This document shows, in pieces, positions 38,348 through 53,369 of a stretch of DNA of 64,000 nt. Source of the stretch: Antedon mediterranea (taxonomy: Eukaryota; Animalia; Echinodermata); contig NC_092670.1 in the NCBI RefSeq assembly GCF_964355755.1, positions 9,290,201 to 9,354,200 of the forward strand. The letters run 5' to 3'. Every line of letters begins with the position of its first letter. The first letter of the stretch is position 1. The notes under the pieces are model-generated. The model did not search any database. It saw only the letters and a program-made list of their open reading frames with translations, and had not been told where the DNA came from. The translations under genes were made by a program, and so were the position numbers.

Positions 38348-41188
38348 TGGCTACCAATATATATGTTTGAAGCACTCATGAGAACTTATCTCTGTTATTG
38401 TATATGTTGCCATATATATACGGCATGTTCAAACTTCTATATGAACCAACTAAGCCTATTATACAATACTAATTTCAAGAGAAGTGTACCTTATCAATTG
38501 AAGTAACATTGTGAACTACATAAAACATCTTTTTTTTTAGTTTCATTTTCACGCTAAAATTGCAGTTATATTTAATTCTTGTCTAGTCAATGACCTTCAG
38601 TAATTGCATTTAGTACATCGACGGAATGACCTACATTACGTCACATTTCCAAAGGTCAGTATCTGAATTTCTAGAATTTGTACAAAAATTAATTATACAA
38701 TTATTTTAAATACAAATAGAACACAAAACTCATCACGACTATGTAAATTTCCTGTCAAATATGAAATTTAGTTTATCTCCATCTAAATCTTAACATAATG
38801 CTCAATCTGCTATATAGATCCAAATCAATAGACAAATCTTGATTTTCACACGCTTCGGTTGTTTGCGGTACCACCCTGCATGTATTCGTAAGACATTACT
38901 AAGCTATGTAATTATATAGGAGCATGTCGAGATTAGACTTACAGTTGCCTAAGATTAGCATCAATTTGATATACTTCCCATAATGAAAAGATTGAAGCAA
39001 AGATTTCAAACAATTTAGATTACCACAGTTATGAATAACAGCCCCTGGAACTCTATCTTTCTCTTTTTTTTTCAAAGATGAATATTTCTTTGTCTATCAG
39101 TACCGTAACTTAAAGTAAACTCGTTTTACATCGTTTTTACACTGCTGTACTAAAAACAAACGGGTTTCGTGTCAGGTAAACTGTACTGTTTACATCTGCT
39201 TCAGTAAAACCCGGGAATGACATTTAGAGCGTCCCTGGTATGACCCGGGTGACAAAAATCCGGAACAACTCTACATGATGTTTCTGTCAGTGTAAAGAGG
39301 TATTACTGCATGGGAATGGGCAATCGGATATGGTATTATACGGAAGGCCTGTGTATATAAGCCTGTCTATGTATATAGGCATATAATTAAATGAATAAAT
39401 AAATATAATTAAATAATTTAATAAATAGATAGAATAGAATGTAGATCCAAACGACTTTATTTTACAAAATATGAAATTGTGTTGGTCGTTGCAGAAAAAT
39501 AGCAAAAATATTAACAAATTTAAAATATAGAACAAAAAAACAAAACAACAATCTGTATCAAAATACTCAATATTAGATATCTCAGAGTGTTTTAATTGTT
39601 ATGCTCATTATGTATTTCATTGAGTTCTCGTGAGCACTACACTGCGCCTAAACATTTTAAAATGAAGGGCTAAACCTATTTTATGCATTGCAATGTTCCA
39701 TAATTGGATCCGCCTATATGTGTAGGCCTACTTTATTAAATCTAATACATTAACGAATGTATAAATGATTTATTACGCCTACGCATTATACTATACTGAT
39801 TTAAATACACAAGTGTAATTTATATAGACACAATTACGGTACAAGTGTGAAAACGTCAAGAATTAAAATGATAAATCAGAACACTAGCTTCCTGAAATAT
39901 TAAGAAAATTATGATTATGATAAGACGGATGGCAAAGGTTCTCAGCAATATTTAATGAATGAATAGTGACATAATGTCAAGGTTTATCACAAGTCGGTTA
40001 GGCCTAACACTTCTCGCAGTTACAGTTGAATATCCTTTTCTATAAAATGATGTATCTTTGTCTGTTCAAAACCATCATGCACATTATATAGGTCATACAG
40101 TGTATGATGGTTCTGCCCCTACAATTGATTAGAAACTGCAATGTTTTTTTCGCTTTTAACACGAAATGCCTTCAGCATCTTATTAAAGTGGAAATGACTA
40201 TCTGGACTAGTCTATAAGTATAAATGGCACCGGTTAAAATGATAGTATAGCTATGTAAACTACAATTAATTTCTTTAGGACTATAATTTTTACCACACAA
40301 AAAGGCTAGAAAAAGGTAAAATGAATATAGAAAAAAAATAGGATAAATTATTATGAAGGATAAGGAAAATAAAAATAATGAAATTATTAGAAGATTAGCT
40401 AGACATTGGTGTAAAGCACTATGTATTATCTGGAAAGAATAAATGTTGAACAAATAACACACACACTTGAGGCACTTGTTTGAGAACTGGGCGTGCATGA
40501 TACGCTGCATTAAACTTTTTTATGATATTTAAGAAAAACGACACACTCTATTGTCACAGCCGCCGTGTTTGTATTTTATAAGTGACATTTTAATGACACG
40601 TCAAAAATGTATCAGCGCCTGCACCGAATATATTTTCTACGTGATAGCTGCGTTGTCTAATGGCACGTTATATTAGTGCGTTGCTTGGCTGCTGTGGGTC
40701 TATTCCATTCCAATAACCACTGCAGTCGTAAGCAAATTCTCCTAAAAAATACTAACATGTTGTATACGTTATTCGTTGCAAGGACAATATAGGCCTACCC
40801 TGACGATCGAGTGAAGTAAGATAGATTTAGTATTAACTTAATTAGGATATTGTTTGAAGGAGTCGGCCTACCCTGGGCACTTTAAGTAATTTGACATGGT
40901 CAATTTGAATTGTCTGTATAACATCTGTTAATGCCTTTACTGTGCCTGACCAAAATCAACAATCATAAAACCAAAGTATACTAAACGAGACATGCATTTG
41001 GTATGCTTTTGAATTAAAATGATTCTTGCTTTAAATAACATGGCTGCATAATAGGCCTAGCTATTTTAAGTAAAAAATGTTAATCAAAATGAAATTGCTT
41101 GCTTTCTGTTTTTCCAAACATTTGCATTCTTCTTTCCATCTCATCCAATTTGTTGTGTTAGTAAAAATGATCTGACGTGCCATCCAGA

Positions 41189-41515
41189 TAATAATAATAA
41201 TAAATAATAATAATAACAATTCATTCTTCTATAGCGCATAAGCAAACTTTCAATGCACTGCACATTATTACCCCGGTCATGTTTTGGATCAAACAAGTAT
41301 GGAAATATACACCCAAAGTGCAGCTAGCTCAAAGTTGTAAATTGATCTAAGCGGTACCCATTCTCCTGTTATTGGCGAATTTCTTTTGCTGTTGGTTTGG
41401 TTTGGAAAAAAAATACACCTGGGTGGAGAGAGGACAATTTTCAAAGGGGGCGAGAGTTGGATTCGATCCAAGGTCTCACGATCAGTAATACAATGCGCCA
41501 CACGCCCTCACTTCT
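41189..41515 (-). mobile_element. tRNA-derived SINE with (TTA)n tail
   Basis: (ATA)n at the left end, central ggtacccatt...acctgggtggagagagg, reversed B-box ggattcgatcc. Confidence 0.6.
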
Positions 41516-43740
41516 GCGATGTGTCGATTACATCACTGTTTAGTGGTCTACTTCCTGGTAAATGTCGCAACTCTCGGTACGTAACGGTAGAGAGAAAACC
41601 AGTTATCGTTATTTGAAATTAAAAAAACAAACAAAAATATCCTCTCTACCCAAACATTAGCAAAAATAACTGTTTAATTGTAATAGCCTTTTAATCAATA
41701 TTATCTTGAACATTTCAAATACAAATATTGAATGTTTATAATTAGCCTATGCTATGAAAATGGAATAGTCAGGTTTACAACGAATTAAAATATTATTATT
41801 TATGTTATATAAATTAAAATTAGAGTAGTGTACAGACAGGTTGTTTTTTTTTAACGCCACAGAATTCTAAAAAAAATGTTTACATAATGGAATCGTTAAT
41901 AAAAACATTTAACTACACGTGATACGGAATTAACCATTCATATTACAGTATGTAAAGTCAACTATCATGTGTGTTTCTGTGTTATAAATACATTTACTAT
42001 CTTTACTATGTTTATTACATTTGAAGTTACGACAAATCATTAACCAAAATATAAACGCAAAATGCAAACGATTAACCGTTCATTTTTTTTTCGTTGATTT
42101 GTTAATCTATTTTCTCTGTTTAATGGCGCGGCCTAAGTAAGTTCGCTTACTCATCCTTGTCAAGATCTCTAGTTAACATGCTTGGTTTCAAAACCCAGGA
42201 AGTATGATTGACTGAAAAAAAACATAAATGATGACTTATGTTTAACCTTCCCTCACAGTGGCGTAGCCTATAAACTATCAGTTTCTATGGTTAAAAAAAA
42301 ACAAGAAAAACATAGAGATATGAAAGAGATAGCACGTAGAGCAGATGACAGAGTGGTCAGAAATTACAGAGTTTTTATAGATTGATTCTATCTCAAAAAT
42401 GGCAATGAAAAGTACTATTTTCTTGATAAATTTCTTAAATGTAGCTTGCTGGGGATGAACATGGTTTGAGAAGGAGGTGAATTGGTGGTGGGTTTGGATC
42501 AATCACAATACCTGACACCATATTAACCAAGTTTAGTATGAAGGCAACAATACATCTGAAGCAACAAGACACACAGTCAGTGTCATCACCAATTATGTTT
42601 AATCATTGTTAGACATAGCCTTCTACTATTTGTGCCATTTATTGTGTCTATCTTAAGTGGGCTAGTGTAATTTAATACTGTTTCAAGTCATTCTGTATCA
42701 TTTTTATTCATTTTTCGTCGGTTTACAAATCAGTGTATTCATTTGTTTTGCACATGTTTGTTGATGACGTAATGATATAACAATAGGTTAAGTTCAGGAC
42801 TTCATTTTGAAATGTGTTATGATACCTACCACTCACTGGACCTGAATTGCACAAACTAAAAACACTTCTGAATTTGTTGTGACTTGGAGAAATAATTATG
42901 AGCGAATTCAAGGTAGACACAACTATCGGGTTTATTCGTTTTCCAGATAAGAAGTTGGCCGAGCTATATGCCTATGTATGTTTTTCTTGCATTTTAAGTT
43001 TGTTTATTTTTCGTTTTGATCACGCGAATATTGGATTATGATTTTATGATATTAATGGCCCTTTGTTGGCTTGGAGTTAACTGTCCCTGATAATAATCTA
43101 TCAACTACATCTTTCATAGACCTTGTCTGTCGATACTATATGACACATGATGATCTACATGGTAGACCACCGCGCGCGTCTCAGACATAGCTTCATGCAT
43201 ATTATTTATTTTGATTCAATAGCACCATATGTTTTACCTTAACATGTTGAGGAAAAAAAGATCATGTCTATCAATATGTTTTTCCACTTTTTTATTTTTT
43301 CATTAAAATACAATATGTATTTTTCATGGGTGTGCAATACATAATAACATGAGATACGGTAGTTCCTTTAGTAAACTATAATTCAATCAGAGTTTTAAGT
43401 CATCGATATAATATTAAGATTACATCAGTAAAGATTAGCTTTCGCCATGTTAATAATCCCCCTGAATACATGGAAGCAAAGGTCAAGACGAACAAAGTCA
43501 TTGATCTTGCCGCGACCAGTTTTGTAATGATTTAATGTGTACCAGAATGTAATGCTCACTAAATTTATGACTCATTCTAAAGTATTTTTTTATTCTTATA
43601 TTAATATGAAAGATGCACATCTCCATAATTTAATTGTTACCTGCATGTATGGCGTTAATAAGCCTACATGTTTCCAATCTTTAATAGGCCTACCATCTCA
43701 AGTTTATGCGTTGAATGGCGAGAGTCATGAGGTCGTAGAG

Positions 43741-43832
43741 TGAATGTTCTTTTCATCAACGAGTGGACGAGATTGAATGTTCTATTCAACGAGTAGACGA
43801 GATTGCATGTTATATTCAACGATTGGACGAGA
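43741..43832. repeat. 30-bp tandem repeat, 3 copies
   Basis: tgaatgttctattcaacgagtggacgagat. Confidence 0.85.
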
Positions 43833-45529
43833 GAGGACTAGAATGAAACGTTCTTTAGGAGGGTTTCTTTTTGTCTGTGTTATGTTGTTGTCTTGATATA
43901 TATTAATTTTTACACAGCGTGTCAGTTTGTTCGTCCGTCACTTTCTTTAAGTAAAACTCTTTTGAATTGGCCAAGCTTCGAACTACACGCTTTTTGTGTA
44001 CAGTCATAGAGGTACCTCGATGGTACAGTATTGTTGAATCATAACTCATCGTATAAGTTGAATCATTGACCGGTGTAATTTATTGTTCAATTATTGAATC
44101 ATTAAGATAAACAAATTATAGAAACGTGTTTATTATTACCTGATAAAATTAATAACTATTTATCTACACACTGATTTATAAGCTGGACTAACGCCTAGTC
44201 ACGCCTTGCAGGAGTATTGATGTTTATCTACACGTAACATACAATAATAATTATGGTTAGACTTTTCTTTATTCTGAAAATTCAAAAAATAACATACAGA
44301 CACAACTGTTTCTCTTTGATTTTTTTTTAATTTCAAGTTTCAAAATCAATCAAATAAAATCAATATTTGATTGTCGTAAAATATATAATTAAATACAATT
44401 GTCTTTTGATACACGGGTACCAAATGGCTAAAACAAACACTAATAAGTGTAAAAATGTCCCCAAAACATAAAAAATGAAGATTAATCAAATAAGATTTTG
44501 AATAGGCTATTTGTAGTTTTAATAAAGTTAATCACTTTCGCAGAAAAATGTTTTCACTTATAAAAAGACAAAACAAAATTCAACCGAAAACTCATTGGCT
44601 GGTAGTATAGACAATTATACTATTTTTTGCTTTAAATTACAGTTTTTCAGGTAAAATATTATTGCTTTTCGATCCAATGTTTTGTCAAACTATTATGGAA
44701 TATCAAAGTGACATATTATAAACAAAATAGATTTTTTTTCAGGGGGACAATAATTATAACTTTAAATTAAGTACAATTTTTTACAATATGAAAAGATTCG
44801 AAGAAAAACACACAGAAATACAGTGTATTTTATCGAGGTACAATATTGATTGAGGATTAAGCGCAAGACTGATGCAGACTCCTCCTTTTCTGGTATGAAC
44901 CGTTTAAAACAAATGGAATGTAGGGAAATCATCTGTCGTGATTTCTGCCCCTACACAGTATTTGTCCAGTAAATCTTTCCCTTTACTAAATACTTTCCTA
45001 AAATGCCATTTACTAAAGTGCAATGCAATACTGTATAATTTTAAGTGGTTTGATGAAGTGCTAAATTGAACTAAAAAGGAATGAAATTATTTCTCACGGT
45101 TTTATTGTAAGTATTGTAACCACAGCAGCTGCTAGCTACTAAGGAATGTCGGTAAAAGTATGCTTGCGGCCCTGCAGTGACTACGGTCCCTTCCTTCCCG
45201 TTAAGCAATATTACTGTTGATACATACTGTATTGGACAATCAAATTTGCAAAATTATTTTGTTGAAATCATTTCATACCATAGAGGCAACCATGTGGCTT
45301 ATATTGTCATAGCAGTACATGGGAAACACAACGGTAACATTTGTTTACAGTTTTCAAGATTCGCTGGCTGCAGTGCGCATATCAAATTGTCACGTGTTTT
45401 GCAGTCCCGCATTAGCACATAATAATATACTGTAATCTATAGATAAATATGTTATCATCATGAAGGTTTATACCTTCCTTTCACATTTCTAGCATGTTGC
45501 CTGTAATATTGTTAAATACAAGTTCTTTG

Positions 45530-45965
45530 TTGCGATTCTGATTCTTATTTGTCCATCTATTATCTTTTTATGTCATCTCTCCCATTTTCTTTTTTGCTGA
45601 TTGCAATTCTGTGTCTCTTTTGTCCATTTATTATCTCTTGGTGTCATCACTCCATGTCTTGTTGTTTGTCTTCCTCGAATTTTTATATTGCTTGGTTGCC
45701 ATTCTGATTCTCTTTTATCTATCTATTACCGTATCTTTTTACGTCATCCTTCCGTTTTCTGTTTGTCATCCTTCCGTTTTCTGTTTATCTTTTTTATTAC
45801 AATTCTGTGACACTTTTGTCCATTTATTATCTCTTGATGTCATCTCTTCATCATTTTTTACTTCCACATCTTCCTTTTCTTGTTTGCCAATCTGTGACTC
45901 TTTTTGTTCGCGATTCTGTGACTCTTTTTATCCGCCATTAGTGTCTCCTTTTGTCCATCTATTAA
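45530..45965. repeat. Degenerate pyrimidine-rich repeat
   Basis: Recurring ttttgtccat(t/c)tattatct...tgtcatc and ttctgtga. Confidence 0.6.
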
Positions 45966-46973
45966 TGTCACGCAAAGTTATTTATAATGTATCGAAATAG
46001 AAGATACAAACTGTGCTCCCTTTCCTCCCAATGTATACCACTTTCCCCAGACTGACACTGATGGGAAATATTATTGTTGTTTCAATACTATTGTTATTTT
46101 ACTAATCTGCACATTGTCTGGCCTGTCAGTCAATACAGTCAGTCTAACTCAAGTATAAACAAATCCTTTACTCAGAAGTTAATCTTCAATAACATTCATA
46201 AGGATTTTTTTTTTTTTTTTTGCTTTTTCATGTTCAGCAACATCGGTGCATGATCTGTGACAAATATTAAGTGTCACAATTAAGGGTTACCGGTAGAAAG
46301 CATGACTGTGTGTGCCTAAAGAGGCAATTAAAATGAATATTTATAGTAGCTGTAATGTAATGAGACAAGTTAACACGGTAAATAAATAGAACAAGTCATC
46401 ATACAGCATATGCCTACCATAATGTACTGTTCAAAAAAACGTTGTGCCCTAAAAGTGTTTAAACTACGCGAAAGATTCAAATGATCGAGATCACACATTG
46501 CGTATAAGCTTTACGGGTTTTCCAGTTGGTGCTGTGTACCATTCGCTGTACATTCGGTTCGTTTCGCTGCCATTTTCCTATTCAACGCACACGGTAATTT
46601 CCAACAAATATTTTATGATTTATTTTAGGCATAATGAATGAGTTTAACGTTTAAGTATTGGCACATTAGCATGGAAAGGTTTATTGAAGCGTCAGTTTAG
46701 ATGTTACCACGGTTTCTTAATTTTGATCATAACACTCAATCAAAACTTATAACTTATGGTAGCCACCAAGATATACAAATCAAAATTCTATTTTGATGAT
46801 TTATAAAATATAGAAAAAACTTATCATAGCATATCATGTAATAACCTTTTTTCTGCTCATTTATTTAAAACTTACCTGTACAAACAAAGATATACTAGGA
46901 CATATATAATTGAAAGAAACGATATAAAAAGACAGTATCTATAATGTCACAAAATTCAAATTAGGCCTACTGA

Positions 46974-46974
<1 letters not shown>

Positions 46975-47013
<39 letters not shown>

Positions 47014-47083
47014 GTATTGTTATTATTATTATTATTGGTATTATTATTATTATTAGTGTTATTATTATTATTATTATTATTTA
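46975..47083. repeat. (TTA)n microsatellite
   Basis: Directly visible. Confidence 0.95.
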
Positions 47084-48287
47084 TCTTTAGTGTATTAACT
47101 TTGACATTGGCCCTGATAAATTATTCTAGAAAAGGAGTTTTTATTCATAATATTGATAATTGTGAATAAATATAATATTAAAATGAAAGTACATTTTTAA
47201 ACAATTGTTTATGTTCGCTTAAGTTTAACGAACTTCCTTTAAAACCTTTTAAATCAAGTGATGCATGTGAGAAGTAGGGAAGCACCTTTTAGAATAGGAG
47301 ACACGCTACTCTAACAGGTAATCTGATTATTTACCTTCTGGCATAGAAAAAATAAATTGTACTTAAACCACTTGGTAATTTATTTCGGTAATATACTTCT
47401 AAAATATTTCTAAAATAGAAAAAAAAACATATTATATGCATTTTACTATGAAGAGAATATGTTGATATAAAGTTACACCACGTAATATAAGTTTGTTAAG
47501 AACTGTTGAGTTTCAATATACTTTGATTGTCCTCAAGAGTGAGAATGAGGAGAGTATTTTTTAAGTAATTTAAAAGTTGTTCTTAAATTAAGCTTCATGG
47601 TTCCATTGAAAGAGGCGAATTTGAATGGAGAGTAATGGTCAGAAAGAATTGATTGTGATTAGACCACGCAAACAAGTGGACCTTTGCTGCTGGTGGACTT
47701 TTGCTGCGGATCAAAATTATAGAAGGCTCACTTTTATCTATAAGTTCGTCTTCGGCATTTTGCATTCTTCATCGGCCTATGGCGTGGCACAAACGTTTTG
47801 TCAATATGATCGTCGAGTAATGCGGTTGAATGAAATGAAACACCCAACGCCACGTGATACAAAATTAATTAACCAAAATTAATAAGAAGAATCCCATAAA
47901 AATAATATTTAATAATTAATCTCAGGCAGTAGCCCTATATCCGCCAAATTTGATTGAAAACAAAAATTTTATTGAGGAGGACTTATGGTTGAAAGATGTT
48001 ACTACCAAATGTGACATTGTCTAGGGAGTTTCTGTAGTTGAATCGCCGGTCACTGCCTTTTAATATAACGTCTGGATCATTTAAAAAAATATTAAATAAA
48101 TTGAATATAACGTGTATACAAAATACTCGAACAATGTTAATATAACTTAATTGGTTTTTCTAAAAGCCGTGAAATGTTTTCTAGTTTATTTGTATTTCAG
48201 TTTACACTGTGGTAATAGTATCGTAGGAATATTTGGTAATGTAGGCCTATCGCCTAGTATTATAAACCACTGAGCACTGAGAATCGG

Positions 48288-48750
48288 ATTCATTCATTCA
48301 TTCATTCAATCTTTTATTTCGGAAACTCTGGTCCATAGAAAGTAAATTACATATAAATGAAATAAATATAATAAACAAAATTACTACTACTCATCTCAAT
48401 ATGGCATTCCATCTGGAGAGCATCTTCGACTTAACTAACTGCTTATAATCGTTGAGATTAAAATATTTTTGCTTGCATTAAGTCTACACATCAGGCCATA
48501 TATTGATATTCTCAACAATTCATAAAAAGAGGGAATTCTACATTCCATAAACATGAGGCTGGCACTGCAATGTCGAGGTCTTTGCAACAACATTCTTAAA
48601 CCATTATTGTAGCATACCTGGAGAGATCGCAAGGTACCTTAATTATAGTTGCACCATAATGTAGCACAATACATATTTACACAATATGTTCTAAATAAAA
48701 CACATTTCACATTGATAGAACACATACTAAATTTTCTGACCAAGGAGTTG
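48288..48750 (-). mobile_element. 5'-truncated LINE (CR1/L2-group-like) 3' end
   Basis: The minus strand reads FSMCSINVKCVLFRTYC..YCATLW..YN*..LRSLQVCYNNGLRMLL..PRHCSASLMF, followed by AATAAA and a (GAAT)n tail. Confidence 0.8.
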
Positions 48751-48970
48751 GATTATAAGTCTAATTAACACTAATTCTCTTTATTGTCAAGTAATAGATA
48801 AATGTAATAGATTTTTTTTCTAATGAAAGCTTGCTTTTAATATCACCAAATTGAATTGTTACGAGATTTGGGCAAAGCACAATTAGTAAGTACTTATATT
48901 TAATTTATAACTTTCAAACTAATGAATCCATTCAGCTCACAAAATGTTGTTTTCTCAAATTGGTCATTTA

Positions 48971-49160
48971 AGCCTTGCCTACACTATAAAACTGTATGTG
49001 ACAAACAAATATGATGTGCTTATATATGGAGGACATGATGATGTATATGTTTCATATTGACAGTTTGTCTGAAATAAAGTTAAATTGAATTGAACTTCTA
49101 TATTTGGGCACACCACTACCATTATTTGGGCACATCACACTTTTTTTGTCAAACTAGTTA
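48971..49160. mobile_element. MITE family A copy, degenerate
   Basis: cctacactataaaactgtatgtgacaaa...gggcacatcacactttttttgtcaaactagtt. Confidence 0.6.
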
Positions 49161-49967
49161 ATTATTTTATTATTTACTACTATGTCCTAATTAATGTGGA
49201 ACAACAAATAGTAACTTAGTTAAGTTTTTGTTATATGTTCGGAATTGTTACGATTGATGGAAAATTCAGTTATATTAGCAAGCTCGACGCAGTAGTAGTA
49301 GTAGCGTGTTCGTAAAATACTGTAGGCCTACCATGCTGATTCGATTTTAAAATTGATGAATCATTTAGTACACGTTTTATGCTTATCTTTACCTTCTATA
49401 TTAAAGTGGTTAATTAGTACAACTCTTAAATGTCTATTAGGTGCCGTGTTTCATGACTGTCATTGTCAAAATATTTGGCTAAATATTCCCATTGTGAGTG
49501 TTGACCTCGTTCACCTCCCTTCTGACTAAGGGTGATGAAAGTGTGCCTTTCAGGGTTACAAATGTCTATATCTAGTTTTAATATTAACTTGTCAACAATT
49601 TAAAATAAAATAAGTCAATTGTATGTCGTATGCCTATTCCCGCAGTGTCAAGAAGAAATTTTGATTTGTTGTCTTCTTTCTCATTTTCGACAACCCCAAC
49701 AGATTGCCTAAACATTGTTGAAATAAACTAAAACGATTTTCTAAAGAATACGTTCATAATGAAAAATAACGAGAAAACCCACCTTCCTGAAAAAGGGCTT
49801 CGGTGCTTTTATTTCAACTAAAATGAAGTGGTAGGGTGGTTGTTTCTTTTTGTACAATCATTTTTAACAATTAAACTTAACTTAGTAAGTACAGGCCTTC
49901 TAACGTAAACTAAGAACTAAGAAGTGATAAACCTGTCCCATTCAGTATTTAACACAACTCCGACTAA

Positions 49968-50080
49968 AGCCTGTGTGTGATGTGCCCATATATAGTAGTG
50001 CTATGCTTAAATATGGTAGTAAAATGATATCATCACATCATATTTTTTTTCACATAAAGTTTGATAGTGTAGAATGAGCT
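49968..50080. mobile_element. MITE family A copy, partial
   Basis: gtgatgtgcccat...cacataaagtttgatagtgtagaatgagct. Confidence 0.6.
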
Positions 50081-50811
50081 TACAAGAACAATTACATTTC
50101 AAGAATCCAAGATTTGATTCGTTGTGAAATAGGAACAGGTATTTTTTATGGTTAACTATTATAAACAAAATTTTCAACTAATGTTTTGCAAAATATGATC
50201 CAAGGGAACATTGTTTCACACAAAAAAAACTTTACAACAACAATACATGATCTTTTAGTTTGTTACTCAAACTTTGCCTTCCTCTCGCCAACTTGTCTGG
50301 CAAACAGTTATTGCCGCTGGCAATACTTCCGTTTGATATAAAATGATATTACTTTGCCTCGATTTTTCAAACGGTTAAACAAATCATATATAAGTATTTT
50401 TACTAAATTTCTTTGTTATTATTATTACTTTGTTTTCTAATTAAAAAATGAATGACAAGATACGTGTTATACTATCAATAGGCTGTCAATGGTATGGCAC
50501 ACTTTCTTAATTTAAATGGAAAACAGGTATAAAGTTGCAGTAAACAAGATGAGTATGCCACCGCAGGATTGAGTGATATATCCGGAGTCTGATGTTTATG
50601 ATGGCATGTCACTTAAAACAACTTGTCAATATACTTACGACACGGATACTTCACTTTCGCATGTGGATACAAGCCTTGACCACAACTTCACATAAAATCA
50701 GTGACCAGTTGAGTAAGGCACGATAAATATTTTCCTTACCCTGGATGATTTTGACAGCTTCTCTAACAAGTTTTTCGTAGAACATAATAACAACCAGCAA
50801 TCAGTTGAGAA

Positions 50812-50994
50812 AGCTTGGTTCCCACTGGCGACCCAACGTAACGCAACGTAAGAAAATTCCCTTCCAATAATTGTGTTTTCCCCCGCCTTTTTGAAATCAA
50901 AGTTTGCAGCACTGTTGCATCATCGGTTCACACTTGAGATTACGCAATACAGAACTTTGCGTCGATACGTCAGCGTTCTAGTGGGAACCACGCT
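50812..50994. mobile_element. MITE family B
   Basis: TIR agcttggttcccactgg / ctagtgggaaccacgct; a relative lies at about 63720-63881. Confidence 0.75.
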
Positions 50995-51782
50995 TAAAGC
51001 ACGATGGTTGTTTTTCCTATCCTCTCAACAATATATCAGATATGAAAATAGGTTCTGTATGTGTCTTCATCGATGTATTAATGTGTTAATTGACATTGTT
51101 GGGGTAGCCATAGATGAATGTGTACAGTCGAATAGTAGAGCAATGAAAACCGTAACAAATTTCTTTGAAAGAAAGTAGAATAGTTATAGTATCCACAGTC
51201 ACGCATTTTCATAATGTGGAAACTGCCATAGGAATCATATGGTAGTTAATACTATGGCTTCCTTTCGAAAACGACAAAGACGAGGGTCATTAGTAGAGAA
51301 GAGGGTCGATAATTGTGCTCACTTGTTCATACGTTAAAAACGTAACACACTTAAGAAAGCCAGAGATATTTAAAAATGATTAAATTACCAAATTTACGGT
51401 ATCAGCTATCAAAAATAGACACTGATGTACCGATTACACTTTGGTTTATGAATCACTTAAAGAGGTCACATGCTTTGGGCCCAAAATATTCTGAATTTTG
51501 ATTTATTATAACTAAAAAGAAGTTACTATTAAGTCCCAGAAGTTCCTCTTAGGTTTTAGTTTGCCAAATATATCGAGCTGTCAGTTTCACTCACTTGTTT
51601 ACCTTTTTATGAAGTGAAGGTTAAGTAAAACTATACTACCTGTTAAGAAAACATCAGCTTGTTGTTTTATGGTTATGAGTGGGTTTTGTTTTAGGTAGGA
51701 TTTTTAGTTTTCATTGCTTTTCCAAAGTGAATAAATAACCATGGTAACAAACAAACAAAATTTTAAAAATTAATTTTTAGGA

Positions 51783-51863
51783 AGACAATACATCTTTAAC
51801 GCTAACTTAAACTTGCCTAAGTTAGACAATACATCTTTAACGCTAACTTAAACTTGCCTAAGT
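51783..51863. repeat. Perfect ~41-bp tandem duplication
   Basis: agacaatacatctttaacgctaacttaaacttgcctaagt occurs twice and contains the TIR end of the TTAA MITE family. Confidence 0.85.
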
Positions 51864-52219
51864 CTATATATTGTCTCGTCTCGAAAGATGTACTAGGTTA
51901 TTTAAAGTGCACACGAGCAATACGTTTATAGTCAGAGAAGACTCGTTCTATAACCAGGACAATGGAGCGAGTGAGCCTCGAACCTTTGCCGATGTTATGG
52001 CAATGGATTACGGTTCCACTGTCGTAACCACTCGGTCACTCACTCCCATATATTCAAAACCATAATTTCCTTCATTTCCAAATTGATACTGTAACAGCAG
52101 CTTATAATATTACACACATTTGTGGCATATTTATTCAAACCACGGAGAAATAATTTGCTTATCGAGCGCGTAAGTTGCAAACGTCAACATAAATACTACG
52201 GATTTACAAAAACAATGAA

Positions 52220-52519
52220 CGAGTCCAATAAACTGTTGACCAATCAAACGCTAAAAATCCGGTTAGAGGGAACACCCATTCACGTCCGTCAACGAATAAC
52301 AGCTTGAGATGTATAATAAGCGATAACTTATCCCGGCCCTTGTGACTAACGTTTCCTTTTTAGTTATAAAACAATTTGCTTACTGTAAAGAATGCCCATA
52401 TGTAAAAACAGTTATTGGAGGATGAACCCACACATTTGATTCTTTTATATTCTTTTATATTGATCGACGGGGCATTACTTTTTTTTTTTGGATCTATACT
52501 ATTAAGGAATAACAATCTG
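52220..52519 (+). promoter_or_regulatory. Putative promoter and non-coding first exon of the LRR-Ig gene
   Basis: Two CCAAT boxes (about 52225, 52240), TATAAAA at about 52365, strong donor ctg|gtaagt at 52519/52520, and acceptor tttgtttag at 53869 just before the ATG. Confidence 0.5.
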
Positions 52520-52740
52520 GTAAGTTTTTGTAAAATATTGTTAGGACTGTTGTTATAGCTTTATAATAATCTAAGTTAGTAGAACCACGAATCTGAATTA
52601 GACCCACATTTTTTTAGTGACTTGTAAACTTAATTTGAAGAATTATCCAAATTCTTACAAATCCTTGCTTGCCATAGACGAAATTAGTTGTGCTGCGTAT
52701 ACGACGTTAATGTGTTACATACATATTACGTTTTAGTTAA

Positions 52741-52914
52741 AGATGTATTGTCCACCTAAAAAAATTGTTTTGGTAAAAATTGACCATTTATTTTGTCATT
52801 TTATATGAGAAAACCTAAGTTTTAGATTTTTTTTAAGGAAGACATTAACTTTATTAAAACTATAAAATAACCTATTCAAAGTCTGATTTAATGTTTTTGT
52901 GGGACAATAGATCT
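52741..52914. mobile_element. MITE with TTAA TSD (Kolobok/piggyBac-like)
   Basis: ttaa|agatgtattgtcc ... ggacaatagatct|ttaa; a related decayed copy lies at about 44450-44765. Confidence 0.75.
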
Positions 52915-53369
52915 TTAAGAGTAAAGTATTAAAAACGGGGGTGATTGGTAAGAGAATATAATGCAGTCGATATCCCCCACATTCTACTTCCGCGACGGTG
53001 TAGTCTTTGAGTTACCGCCATATAATAATTCCATCTTGGAAAATAAAGTCTAGTTTCATGCGTTCTCTGTGCTGTTCTCCACATACTACAATATTAATTG
53101 CCCATTTGTCATAGGAATATTTTGTAATACAGCATGTGTCTGTGTTAGGATATTTATGATACTAGGCGATACATGTGAATCACGTTTGATGCTGTATTCC
53201 CGAATATTCCTATGATACTGGAAAAAGTACCGAGAATAAATAACATAAACGTGAGAAAACATGAAAATTAACACTATAGTACAATGATTGCGTTTTGGAT
53301 TCTAACCACAGTACTAACGAAGTACAGTATATGAATCGTCTACATTTCCTTCTGGTCACGTCATTATTT

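Noticed and set aside
45601-46000. Hydrophobic ORFs resembling membrane proteins
   Set aside because: They arise from a T/C-rich degenerate repeat.
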